Below, piece by piece: positions 9,425 to 19,387 of a stretch of DNA of 50,026 nt. The stretch covers positions 1 through 50,026 of the IMG/VR virus record IMGVR_UViG_3300046616_000032; one strand, 5' to 3'. Made by a program: the position numbers and the translations under genes. The notes below the pieces were generated by a model. The model was not told the DNA's origin, did no database searches, and worked only from the letters and a program-made list of their open reading frames with translations. Source of the stretch: a virus. The stretch's first letter is position 1. Every line of letters starts with the position of its first letter.

Positions 9425-10224
9425 TGCGATATAACAACCTTCAATACGTCCAGACTGCTTTGTCGAGCATGGACAGCGATCAGGTCAACTCCGTATCGGA
9501 TACGACCGAGAGCCTCCAAGTCCTCGCGCTTCTGAAGACGTGCTACTTCGATCTGGTCAGTAACGGCGACATCGACCGAGACTACGATCTCTACCAGCTT
9601 CAAGCCTCTGGCGACTCCACGAAGCCTGTGACGATGTTCCTGCCCGCGACGGTCAACAACGTCCAGTGGGTCAAGTACGACTACCAGACGTTGGAGAACC
9701 CTCACCCGAATTTCCAGATTGTGAAGCCCGTGGAGTTGTATGACTTCATCACGATGGCTACTAATCTCAATCCTACTGATACCAACGTCACTACGTATAC
9801 GCTGAATACCAATGGTGGTTCGTTCACGCTGTATTGCCGTAACGACGTCCCGCCTCAGTACTACACCTCGACCAACGACAACCAAATCGTCTTCGATGCC
9901 TACGACCAGACCGTAGACACTACGCTCCAAGCCTCGAAGACCATGGTGTTTGGTCAACAGAACTTCCCGTGGTCGGACACTGATAACTTTGTCCCGCCGC
10001 TGGATGACCAGCAGTCTCAGCAGCTTCTCCATATGCTGAAGGCTCTGGCCTTTGCGGAGCTCAAACAGACCCCGCACGTCAAGGCAGAAAAGGCTGCTAA
10101 AGACATCGAAATCATGCAGCAGTCTACCAAGCACAAAGTCCTGCCTCAGACCTACCAAAACACTACCTACGACTTCGGCCGACGACCCACTGGCCGCACT
10201 AAACCAACAGGAAGGTATAAGTAA
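9424..10224 (+). CDS. tail tubular protein A-like (adaptor/gatekeeper) candidate
   Basis: 266 aa. The N terminus (VQTALSSMDSDQVNSVSDTTESLQVLALLKTCYFDLVS) resembles the T7 gp11-type N-terminal pattern. Precedes the large nozzle-like protein. Confidence 0.5.
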   Translation: MRYNNLQYVQTALSSMDSDQVNSVSDTTESLQVLALLKTCYFDLVSNGDIDRDYDLYQLQASGDSTKPVTMFLPATVNNVQWVKYDYQTLENPHPNFQIVKPVELYDFITMATNLNPTDTNVTTYTLNTNGGSFTLYCRNDVPPQYYTSTNDNQIVFDAYDQTVDTTLQASKTMVFGQQNFPWSDTDNFVPPLDDQQSQQLLHMLKALAFAELKQTPHVKAEKAAKDIEIMQQSTKHKVLPQTYQNTTYDFGRRPTGRTKPTGRYK

Positions 10225-10553
10225 TGTACTCACTGCACGACCAAGCAGGTGACAAAGACCTCGCCCGTACTCGAACCTTCGAGCTTGAGAACGGCAACAA
10301 ACTCATCGCTCAGCAGACCGATCCCTACGGCTTCTGGCGTCTCCATCTCGCTCAGGGCAAGCTCCCTGAATGGCTCGATCAGAGCTTCAACGAATGGGGT
10401 CAGGTTCTCAAGGCTGTGGCTCGGTATACGACCCAGCGTAAGGAAGCCCTCGAAGAGATCGAACGGCGTGAAGCCGATAAGGCAGCCAAGCCTGTTCTGA
10501 AAGTCAAGCCGGGTTTTAACCGAGACGGCACTAAGATCGAAAAGGAAGACTAA
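10224..10553 (+). CDS. hypothetical protein (109 aa)
   Basis: Overlapping start/stop with both neighbours. Charged, helical C terminus. Confidence 0.6.
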   Translation: MYSLHDQAGDKDLARTRTFELENGNKLIAQQTDPYGFWRLHLAQGKLPEWLDQSFNEWGQVLKAVARYTTQRKEALEEIERREADKAAKPVLKVKPGFNRDGTKIEKED

Positions 10554-12655
10554 TGCCTCGTTCCGCGGCCGTTAACGTCGAAAACAATTTCGTCAAGGGG
10601 CTTGTAACTGAAGCCACGGGGATGAATTATCCTGAGAACTCCTGCGTGGAGACTTGGGATTGTGAGTTTGATTTCTTCGGCCGCGTCTTCCGTCGCTTGG
10701 GTCAGACTTACGAGATCGGCTACACCGAGAAGGTCATCAGTAAGTCCGCCTCGGCTATCAATACCTACCACTGGCGTAACGTCACTGGCGACGGAAGCAC
10801 GTCCTTCATTGTCGTCCAGATCGGGGCTACGTTGTACTTCTACAGCACTGTCAACACTACGGCGCTGTCGCCCAACGTCCTCGTGTCTACGATTGACCTG
10901 ACGACGTATTCCCCTGTCGGTGCCCCTGCTGCTCGTCTGTACGACTGCCAGTTCACTGACGGTCTGGGCAAGCTCTATGTCTTCCACCCTTACCTCGAAC
11001 ACATTTATATTACCTACAATTCTGGCACTAACGTCATGTCCGCTACGACGTACAACCTGTATGAGCGTGACTTCGAAGGTGCTGTTGCTGATCCTTATGC
11101 CGTGGACAACCGTCCGACATCGTCCCTAGCGGCTCTGGATGTCAATCACAAATACAATCTATTCAATCAAGGCTGGTGCAAAGCCGATCTGACGACCCCT
11201 GAGCTTACGGCTTGGGATGCTGCTCGTGCGGACATGCCCAGCAACTGTGACGTTTGGTGGCAGTTCAAGAACGCCTCCGATGCCTTCGACACGACGACGA
11301 TTGCCAACGCAGGCCGTGGCAACTCCCCGGCACCTAAGGGGCACTTCGTTCTTAACGTCTACAACAAGAACCGTAACGCTATCTCCGGTCTGAGCAACGT
11401 CGCTGCAACGACCTCAGGAACGGCCCGAGCCTCTACAGGTGTCTTCCATGCTGGTCGTGTCTTCTACGCGGGCGTGAATGCGACTGGGTATACTTCGAAG
11501 ATTTACTTCACCCAGATCATCACCCGAGACAGTCAGGTCGGCAACTGCTACCAGAACGCTGATCCGACGTCCGAGGATTTGTTTGACCTCTTGCCTGACG
11601 ATGGTGGTGTCATCTCCCTGCCCGAGGCTGGCACGATTTATAAACTCTTCTCGATGGCTAACGGTCTTCTGGTCTTCGCTTATCGGGGGATTTGGTTCAT
11701 CACCGGGAGTACTGGTATCGGCTTTACGGCTGTGGACTTCACGGTTACCAAAATCTCTAGTATCCGTACGGTGTCTGCGTCCAGCTTCGTTGATGTCAAC
11801 GGCGTGCCGATGTGGTGGAACACCGACGGTATCTTCACCGTCCAAGGCGGTCAGGGTGGCCCTCAGGTCTCCAGCGTCTCGATCTCGACTATCCAATCGT
11901 TCTTCAACGACATCCCGAGTACGTCAAAGCCCTACGCCAAAGGCGCCTTCAATCCTCTGGCTCAAGTCGTCCAGTGGTGCTACCGAAGCACCGCTCCGGG
12001 CACGACGGACGAACAGTACTCCTACGATGCAGTCCTTAATCTGAACGTCCTTACTGGGGCGTTCTACCCTTGGACGATTGATAACTCCCACAACGAAGTC
12101 CATGGATTGGTTGTCGTTGACGGCTCCGGCGGTACGACTATCGAACAGAACGTCGTCAACAACTCAGCAGTCCTTGTCGTCGATAACCTCGGCAACCAAG
12201 TCATCGCTAACCTCTTGACCAACTCAGCGATCATCCCGAGGACGAAGTTCCTCACCAGCATTACCGCTAACGGATCGTTTACGTGGTCGGAGCATCGAGA
12301 CAACAACTACGTTGACTTCGGAGCGACTGACTTCACGAGCTACTTCATCACGGGTTACAAGCTCCACGGCAATGCCATGATGAAGTTCCAGCCGACGTAT
12401 GTAACCGTCTACAACGAAGGCGTTGGTAAGGCTTACATCCAAGGTATCTGGGACTACGCCATCAGCACCTCGACAGGCCGGTACTCGACCAAGGAACTCC
12501 TCAACTACGATGACGCTCGGTACAGCAACTCAGCCCGTAGGGTCAAGATCAGGGGCCAAGGACGTACCCTTCAATACTTTGTCCGATCACTTCCCGGCGA
12601 GCCTTTCGCTATTGTTGGTTGGGCCGCATTTGAAACTGGAAACACTACACCATGA
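10553..12655 (+). CDS. tail tubular protein B-like (nozzle) candidate
   Basis: 700 aa. The N terminus (VNVENNFVKGLVTEATGMNYPENSCVETWDCEF..GRVFRRLG) follows the T7 gp12-type pattern. Size and position fit. Confidence 0.55.
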   Translation: MPRSAAVNVENNFVKGLVTEATGMNYPENSCVETWDCEFDFFGRVFRRLGQTYEIGYTEKVISKSASAINTYHWRNVTGDGSTSFIVVQIGATLYFYSTVNTTALSPNVLVSTIDLTTYSPVGAPAARLYDCQFTDGLGKLYVFHPYLEHIYITYNSGTNVMSATTYNLYERDFEGAVADPYAVDNRPTSSLAALDVNHKYNLFNQGWCKADLTTPELTAWDAARADMPSNCDVWWQFKNASDAFDTTTIANAGRGNSPAPKGHFVLNVYNKNRNAISGLSNVAATTSGTARASTGVFHAGRVFYAGVNATGYTSKIYFTQIITRDSQVGNCYQNADPTSEDLFDLLPDDGGVISLPEAGTIYKLFSMANGLLVFAYRGIWFITGSTGIGFTAVDFTVTKISSIRTVSASSFVDVNGVPMWWNTDGIFTVQGGQGGPQVSSVSISTIQSFFNDIPSTSKPYAKGAFNPLAQVVQWCYRSTAPGTTDEQYSYDAVLNLNVLTGAFYPWTIDNSHNEVHGLVVVDGSGGTTIEQNVVNNSAVLVVDNLGNQVIANLLTNSAIIPRTKFLTSITANGSFTWSEHRDNNYVDFGATDFTSYFITGYKLHGNAMMKFQPTYVTVYNEGVGKAYIQGIWDYAISTSTGRYSTKELLNYDDARYSNSARRVKIRGQGRTLQYFVRSLPGEPFAIVGWAAFETGNTTP

Positions 12656-13098
12656 CACTCAAGATTGCTACTGCTGAAGACGTACCTGCTATCAGGGATA
12701 TGGCGTATCGTTACGCTCGGTTGTCCCCCTACGGGTCCTACGACATCAGCCTGACGAAGATCGAAGCTCTCATCAACAACCTCCTCCGCGACCACAACAA
12801 AGGCATCATCGTTCTGTATATGGTCGATGGCAAGCCCGAGGGAATGATCGCAGGTATGCTGTCTGAGATGCTTTTTAACGACGATCCCATCGCCATCGAA
12901 CTGATGTGGTGGGTCAACCCCGAGCACCGGTCCCGAAAGAGTCTCGCTCTCAAGGAAGCCTACGAGTTCTGGGCCAAGAAAGTCGGAGCGAAGTTCATCC
13001 AGATGGCTAACATGAACGACGAGAAGATCGAACGTTTCTACCAGCGCACGGGTTACGATCTAACCGAACGTGCGTACCTCAAGGTAATTGGAGGCTGA
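12652..13098 (+). CDS. GNAT-family N-acetyltransferase
   Basis: 148 aa. GNAT-like core (IELMWWVNPEHRSRKSLALKEAYEFWAKKVGA) and C-terminal FYQRTGY. 4-nt overlap with the nozzle gene. Confidence 0.65.
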   Translation: MTLKIATAEDVPAIRDMAYRYARLSPYGSYDISLTKIEALINNLLRDHNKGIIVLYMVDGKPEGMIAGMLSEMLFNDDPIAIELMWWVNPEHRSRKSLALKEAYEFWAKKVGAKFIQMANMNDEKIERFYQRTGYDLTERAYLKVIGG

Positions 13099-13099
13099 C

Positions 13100-13663
13100 A
13101 TGCCCGCTATTACAACTCTCCTCGCAGTAGGCGCTATCGGTATCGCTGGCGCTGGTGCGTATATGTCCTACCAAGGGTCGAAGCAGAACGCTGCGGCTCA
13201 GGAGAAGGCTCTGGCTGCACAGCAGGAGACCGAGAACCTCCGACAGCAGCAGATGAACCTCGACGCTGCTCGTAAGAAACGGGAGATTGTCAGGGCCAGT
13301 ATGCAGGCTCGAAGTGCGGCTCTGGCTACTACTACGGCGCAGGGTGTTGCTGGTCAGGGAGGCTCAAGCCTTCAGGGCGCGTATGGCAGCATTGCTGGTC
13401 GTACCGGTGTGAACTGGCTCGGTGTCGATCAGAACCAGCAGATCGGTAACTCAATCTTCGCAAGCCACCAGAACCAGCTCGAAGCCTACAAGCAGGCAGC
13501 GAGTGCTCAGAGCACTATGGCGCTTGGTGCTGGCTTGTCCAGCCTCGGTGGTGCCATCCTGAGCAATGCTGGTACGATTGGTAAAGTCGGGACGTACGTC
13601 GGCGCTAAGGCATTCTCTGCCTACGCTGGTGGCGGTACCCCGAGTGGTTATGGAGCGTCCTAA
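13100..13663 (+). CDS. internal virion protein (T7 gp14-like position)
   Basis: ATG at 13100 is preceded by GGAGG; the track start at 13088 is a TTG. N-terminal TM helix (ITTLLAVGAIGIAGAGAYM), then a Gln/Ala-rich sequence. Confidence 0.5.
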   Translation: MPAITTLLAVGAIGIAGAGAYMSYQGSKQNAAAQEKALAAQQETENLRQQQMNLDAARKKREIVRASMQARSAALATTTAQGVAGQGGSSLQGAYGSIAGRTGVNWLGVDQNQQIGNSIFASHQNQLEAYKQAASAQSTMALGAGLSSLGGAILSNAGTIGKVGTYVGAKAFSAYAGGGTPSGYGAS

Positions 13664-16600
13664 GTGATTGGTAATATCTCCCTCGACGACGACACCCCGG
13701 AAGAGAAGGTTTCTCTGGATACGACCAGCGAGGCTCTGCCTCCGAATTCCAGTGTGGCGTCTCAGCGGGCTATCAAAGCTGACTATGGCCTCGGGGAGAA
13801 ATCCCCGGGAGCGCCTACGCTGTACTCTGGTATCGCCACTGGTATCGAGCCCAGCATTCGTCGTTCGGGAGCCATCGACGAGGGCATTGAGTTTGCCCAG
13901 CGTCGTAACAAACTCGTAGCTGACATTGCTGCCCAACATGGGGCTGATCTCACCCCCGAGCAGGTAGCTGTCCTTTACGACATGTCCAAGGCGGACTTCA
14001 CCACTAATCCGGATGACGTCTTCGAGAGGAAGTTCTCGGAGCGTTTCCACACGGATGCACTCCAAGTCAATGCCCAGAATAGTCAGTCTCCGATCCAGCA
14101 GGGCCTGAAGGAAGACCCTGACGAGGTCCTGAGGCTTACCGATATGTCCCAGCATCCCACGATGATCCGTGAGTACGCCAAGACGCTCGGCGAGGACCTT
14201 CAGAACCAGTGGAACCATACTGGTTGGGTTTCTGCGGGGGCTCAGTACGCTGGTCAGTTCCTGCCTCTCATGAGCGCATGGAACCTCCATAACGTCCTTC
14301 AGGGGCCTAATACGGCCGCTGGCGTCCTGCCGGGTGAGAACCTCGGTCAGGGTATCGACCACCTCCTGCGTCTGCCTTATGCGGACGCCCAGAAGCTTCT
14401 CAAGCAGGCTGTCGAGCAGGTCAACAAGACCAGCACCCTCGACGCCATGACGCTTGTCCAAGCCGTCCAGAAGTACACGTCCCTAGAGAGCACCGTCAAC
14501 AACCTCGTTGGTATTACCGACGTAGCGGGCATTGCGAGCACCGCTGGTAAGGGTTTGCTGAAGGTGGCTAAGGGAGCAGGCAATCTGGCTGACCGCGTCT
14601 CCTTGGCCCGCGCTGCGCGTCAGAGGGCTACTTCTGCTGCGACCGTCGAAGACAGTGCTGAAGCGGCTGTCCAAGAGATGTCCAAGGAAGTTGGTGTCGT
14701 TCCGGCGCAGCCCCCGAAGACGTTCTACATCCCCAAGGATGTCGCTGAGAACCTCGAAAGCGTTTCGATCCCCGAGGGCGGCATTACGGAGTTCAAAACC
14801 TCCAAAGGCAGCACCTATACCTACGACGGCGCTACTACGACCCGTAACAGGGTTGCTCATGAAGGCGACACCCCTAAGACCTCGACTGGCCCTCAGCCTC
14901 AGTCTGAGAAGACGTACTTCGTCAGCGCCGATGACCTCGATGCTGTGATCGTCCAGAAGGGCAGGCCCCAGCGCGTCCTCGAAATGAAAGACGGCAAGAT
15001 CGGTATCAGCTACCAGCAGGAGAACGGCCAGTGGTCGAAGCCCTACGGCAGCAACGTTCTCTCGACTAGTCCGTCCCCGAAGGAAGGTCTCGCCCCGATT
15101 GAAGTCTGGGGCAAGTACCCGAAGAACCCGTACAAAACGGATATCTACGGGCAGGTCCACTACGGCAACAAAATCACTGAGGTAACTCGTGGTGATAGCG
15201 CCCCTGTGTTCTGGACCAACCAAGCCGAGAACGAAGGCTTTACTGGTGGCAAGCGTGCCGAAGGCATGGTCCCTGTAACCATCGACGCCAACCATACGAT
15301 CAAGTTTGGCCGACCGGAAACTGGTGAGACGTACTATCTCCCTGCGTCTGCTATCAAGCGCATGAAGGCAGTGACTAAGTTCGGGCGTGCTCCGGAGTTC
15401 AAAGCCTCAATGGACAAGAACGGACAGCCGACTATTTGGCTTGACCGTAAGACCAAAGAGTTCGTCCAGCCTACGAAGGAAGCCGCAGACGGTTTGATGC
15501 CTGTGTCCATCTCCAAGGATGGCAAGGTAGAATTCCTTATGTCCGGACCTATGAAGGATACGCAAAAGGCCCTCGCCGATACGACGAAGGCCCTTGCAGA
15601 GACCGAGCTTAAGCCCGCTGAGGTTATGTCCCAGATCGGCGACCACGACAAAGCCTCGACGATCAAGGCTGTCAAGATGGCTACGGAGCCCAAGGCCGCT
15701 GACTTCATCGAGAGCCTGCCGTCTGGCATGAACCCCCGGAACTTCTTCGGCAAGGGTTCGTCGCTTTCGAACAACTTCGCAGCCCGTATGATGAACAAGT
15801 TTGCCACGGATACCCAGAAGATTTGGGACGTCCTTGGTAAGCTGGATGTCGCACGTCTGACCCCCGAGGCTACTGCCGTGGGTGTCCGTGAGGCTCAGGA
15901 CCAGTTGAAGCGTATCTATGGTGGTCGTGTCAACGACGGCTGGCTTGACTGGTTGCACATCCCGCCGGAGCTTAACCCCAACAAGGCCAACCTAGATACG
16001 ATCATTGGCAGGTTTGGTGACCTCAATGCCCGGCCCTTCGAGAGCCGGAAGGCGGCGGAACTGTACCTCCGTGAAATTTACAAGTTTGCCCCCGGTGAAG
16101 CCCACGTGGCCCAACAGGGTAGCTCGTTCTACATTCAGGTGCAACGTTTCCTTGATGAGACCTCCGAGGGTGTGCGACAGGCGAACATCACGCCGAAGAA
16201 CTCGACCCCAGTCAGTATGGTCAACATGCTCCTCAACCGTGTGCGAACTTCCGAGGACCTCCTCGCGGATTTCCAGCGGGGCAACCGCCATGTCGCGACG
16301 CACGCGCCACAGGTGCTCAACAAGCTGCTCCGTGAGCAGATTGACGACACTGCGCGATCCTTGACTAAACAGCAGAGGCGGAACGTCGAAGAAATTCTTC
16401 GGGTCAACCGAGATGAACTCAACCCCGCCCTCGGTCCAAATAAACGCGGTAACTTCTACCGGACTGACGCGGACTTCGAGGTGGCATACCAGACCCGGTT
16501 TGGTCGGCTTCCCACGGATAAAGAGACCGCTCACTACTTCAATTATACTCGGGTTAGCGATATCGATTATACGATCCGCAATCTCGCCATGTACCGAGAT

Positions 16601-19387
16601 AAGGGACGTCTTGGTGTTGAACAATTCAACTTCTCCTATATCAATTCAAAGGGGACGAAAGATAAAGTTCCCTATTTCGAGGGTAAGGAGCTGGATCATT
16701 TCCCGTGGGGCGGCCAGAACGCTGGCGTTCTTATACACGACGTTGATGGAGAGACACGGTTCCTTTACAAGCACGGCGTTGACCGAACTATCGATCAGTC
16801 CGCTAGGAAGACAATCGACGATCTGATTAAAGATCGCGCCTTCAAGGTAGTCCAAGTCTTTAACCCCACTAAGCGGCCCTTTGCCGATGTGGACTTCGTT
16901 CACGGGAAAGTCGGAGAGCAGGTGCATTTCGTTGTCACGAATGCGAGTGACCGCAAAGCTCTTGACTTCCAGCAACTCGACTACCGCCCCGGCGGGCACT
17001 CGATCTATATGGACGACTGGTACGTCAAACAGCCTCAACTTATGGTAGGACAAGCTGGTCGTCTCCATTACTATGGCGATAATGCCGTTATGAACTTTGC
17101 TACTGAGGCGGAAGCCAAGAAGTACGCAGAGCGGCTGGATATTGCTCGGGTGATGCTGAAGAACAACGATGCACGTCTGGACAGCTTTCTGGCTGCGAAC
17201 GTTCCGTATCACATCGATGACTTCAAGAAGATGTTCTCAAAGGGCCATCTCGATCTGGACACCCCTATCGTCCATGCCCGTAGTGGTACTTCTACCTTCG
17301 ACACGGTGACGAGCCTCAAGCCTGAGTACCGCGAGATGGTCGATGCCACTAAGTCCGAGTACAACCTCGCGGGCAGCATCGATAGCAGCTACACCGCTGA
17401 CCGTAACCTCGTCCTTGATACTGTCCAAGAACGCGGCGGCTTTATGGCTATTGCCCCGGGCCGTCAGCTTGATCCTTACGAGGCTATGAATAAGGGTCTC
17501 GGTCAGGCTGTCCGTAACCTCTGGATGAACGACTACAAGATACAGGCCGTTCAGCAGTGGATCGAAGAGTTCGGGGATGTCATGAAACCACGTTTCAAGG
17601 AGCTCTCCAACAATCCGATGTTCTTCCTCTACAATCCTCAGTGGAACGAGGCAGTGGTGGATAAGGCGCGTCTTGCTGCCGCTAAAGCAAGTCAACGTGC
17701 CATCGTGAATTTCGTAGGCGCTAACAGCGAGCTTGGTGGTCAGATTACGTTCCTCCAAAACAAGATGATGGATTGGGTGTACGGCAAAGCTGGTCAAGGC
17801 GGGGCTCAGTTCTTCGGGGATCATCTCCTCCCGGCGATCAAGGACCCTGCGTCGTATGTTCGTGCTGTGGCGTTTCACTCAAAGCTTGGATTGTTCAACC
17901 CTATTCAGTTGTTCGTCCAGATGCAGTCCATGGCCAACGTCCTAGCTATTGCTGGGCCGACCCATGGTGTCCCGGGTGCGTCAGCCGCCTTCCTTATGAG
18001 GCGTATGGCTCACACCGTCGATCCCAACATCCTCGATCACTTCGGGGGCATGGCTGCTAACCTCGGCTGGCGTAAGGCTGACTTCTTGGAAATGTACGAC
18101 GTCTTCAGGAAGACCGGTCTCTACGAAGTAGCGGGAGAAGCTGCTCTCCGAGATGACGTGTTCGATCCAAAGCTGTTCCGATCCACAGTTGGGGCATTTC
18201 TGGATAAGGGTACCTTTTTCTTCAACGAAGGTGAACGCGCTGTGCGTATGACGGCATTCGCGACAGCTTATCGCGAGTGGAAGGTCGCCAATCCGGCTAG
18301 GGTCATTGGTAATCGAGAGACCGCGGAAATAATGAACCGGAGTGACACCCTCAGTGCTAGCATGACGCGCGCAAGTGCTGCAAGTTGGCAGAATGGTATC
18401 ATGAGTATTCCTACTCAATTTGTCACCTATAATGCTCGTATTGCGGAGCAGTTCTTCTCAAAGAGACTGACTGCGACGGAGAAAGCAAAGATGTTTGGGA
18501 TATACTCCGCTCTGTATGGAGTACCCACCAGTCTTGGTGCGGCTGCGGGGATTTGGCCCTTCTACGACGACATCAAGGAAGCTGCCATGAAGCGGGGCAT
18601 CGATCTGTCTCCTGCTTACATGAAGGGCATGATGGAAGGTATTCCGTCGATGATCTTCAGTTCGGTTACTGGCCATGATTACAACTTCTCCCAGAGGTAT
18701 GGGCCGGGGGGTAGCACGATGGTCCGTGATCTCGTCCGTGGTGACAAGTCCTTTATGGAAACCATGGGTGGTCCTTCTGCTTCGATCATTGGTGATATCT
18801 TCGCTTCGGTCGAACCGGCTCTGCATTCGTTGGGGTCGTTGATGACCGGCAACTCAGAAACCTTCCCGACCCGTCGAGAGGACTGGCTGGGCATCGTCAA
18901 CAACTCTAGCACTGCTTCGTTGGCCACCCGTATCTATACGGCTCTGGCGTACCATCAGTACGTCTCCAAGAACAACGTCACTGTCGGCCCCATGGACAAC
19001 ATGGACGCTGTGATGTCCATCCTTGGTGTTACTCCGATGCAGATCACTGATACGTACATTATGTCCAAGGCAGGCAAGGAAGACCAAGAAGTCAAGAAGG
19101 TCTGGGAGGAAAGCGCTCTCAAGCAGTTCGGACTGGCATTGTCTTCGCTAGACCGTAACGACCAACAGGGCTTTGCGGATTACATGTCTCGCTTTAACAC
19201 GTATATGTCGTCTGACCTTTTCACCCCTGAGGACCGTACCCGTATCGAGGCACGGGCTTCACAATACAAGAAATCCTTGGACGAGAAGGTCCGCGAGGAC
19301 TTCTGGCGGAAGGCTCCGGCTAACCAAAGGGATCAGCGTTTCGACCGTCTCCAAAGCTTCTTCACTAACCAAAGGACTGCTCCGTAA
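13664..19387 (+). CDS. giant internal virion / DNA-ejection protein (1907 aa)
   Basis: Single uninterrupted ORF following the gp14-like gene. C-terminal third contains hydrophobic segments (MFGIYSALYGVPTSLGAAAGIWPFY, GIPSMIFSSVTG). Position equals T7 gp15/gp16. Confidence 0.6.
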   Translation: MIGNISLDDDTPEEKVSLDTTSEALPPNSSVASQRAIKADYGLGEKSPGAPTLYSGIATGIEPSIRRSGAIDEGIEFAQRRNKLVADIAAQHGADLTPEQVAVLYDMSKADFTTNPDDVFERKFSERFHTDALQVNAQNSQSPIQQGLKEDPDEVLRLTDMSQHPTMIREYAKTLGEDLQNQWNHTGWVSAGAQYAGQFLPLMSAWNLHNVLQGPNTAAGVLPGENLGQGIDHLLRLPYADAQKLLKQAVEQVNKTSTLDAMTLVQAVQKYTSLESTVNNLVGITDVAGIASTAGKGLLKVAKGAGNLADRVSLARAARQRATSAATVEDSAEAAVQEMSKEVGVVPAQPPKTFYIPKDVAENLESVSIPEGGITEFKTSKGSTYTYDGATTTRNRVAHEGDTPKTSTGPQPQSEKTYFVSADDLDAVIVQKGRPQRVLEMKDGKIGISYQQENGQWSKPYGSNVLSTSPSPKEGLAPIEVWGKYPKNPYKTDIYGQVHYGNKITEVTRGDSAPVFWTNQAENEGFTGGKRAEGMVPVTIDANHTIKFGRPETGETYYLPASAIKRMKAVTKFGRAPEFKASMDKNGQPTIWLDRKTKEFVQPTKEAADGLMPVSISKDGKVEFLMSGPMKDTQKALADTTKALAETELKPAEVMSQIGDHDKASTIKAVKMATEPKAADFIESLPSGMNPRNFFGKGSSLSNNFAARMMNKFATDTQKIWDVLGKLDVARLTPEATAVGVREAQDQLKRIYGGRVNDGWLDWLHIPPELNPNKANLDTIIGRFGDLNARPFESRKAAELYLREIYKFAPGEAHVAQQGSSFYIQVQRFLDETSEGVRQANITPKNSTPVSMVNMLLNRVRTSEDLLADFQRGNRHVATHAPQVLNKLLREQIDDTARSLTKQQRRNVEEILRVNRDELNPALGPNKRGNFYRTDADFEVAYQTRFGRLPTDKETAHYFNYTRVSDIDYTIRNLAMYRDKGRLGVEQFNFSYINSKGTKDKVPYFEGKELDHFPWGGQNAGVLIHDVDGETRFLYKHGVDRTIDQSARKTIDDLIKDRAFKVVQVFNPTKRPFADVDFVHGKVGEQVHFVVTNASDRKALDFQQLDYRPGGHSIYMDDWYVKQPQLMVGQAGRLHYYGDNAVMNFATEAEAKKYAERLDIARVMLKNNDARLDSFLAANVPYHIDDFKKMFSKGHLDLDTPIVHARSGTSTFDTVTSLKPEYREMVDATKSEYNLAGSIDSSYTADRNLVLDTVQERGGFMAIAPGRQLDPYEAMNKGLGQAVRNLWMNDYKIQAVQQWIEEFGDVMKPRFKELSNNPMFFLYNPQWNEAVVDKARLAAAKASQRAIVNFVGANSELGGQITFLQNKMMDWVYGKAGQGGAQFFGDHLLPAIKDPASYVRAVAFHSKLGLFNPIQLFVQMQSMANVLAIAGPTHGVPGASAAFLMRRMAHTVDPNILDHFGGMAANLGWRKADFLEMYDVFRKTGLYEVAGEAALRDDVFDPKLFRSTVGAFLDKGTFFFNEGERAVRMTAFATAYREWKVANPARVIGNRETAEIMNRSDTLSASMTRASAASWQNGIMSIPTQFVTYNARIAEQFFSKRLTATEKAKMFGIYSALYGVPTSLGAAAGIWPFYDDIKEAAMKRGIDLSPAYMKGMMEGIPSMIFSSVTGHDYNFSQRYGPGGSTMVRDLVRGDKSFMETMGGPSASIIGDIFASVEPALHSLGSLMTGNSETFPTRREDWLGIVNNSSTASLATRIYTALAYHQYVSKNNVTVGPMDNMDAVMSILGVTPMQITDTYIMSKAGKEDQEVKKVWEESALKQFGLALSSLDRNDQQGFADYMSRFNTYMSSDLFTPEDRTRIEARASQYKKSLDEKVREDFWRKAPANQRDQRFDRLQSFFTNQRTAP

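Noticed and set aside
13664-19387. The 1907-aa virion protein as an N4-type virion RNA polymerase, which would explain the missing RNAP.
   Set aside because: I could not find single-subunit RNAP catalytic motifs. The gene position and C-terminal hydrophobic segments fit an ejection protein, and consensus sigma70 promoters make a phage RNAP unnecessary. This needs a profile search to exclude fully.
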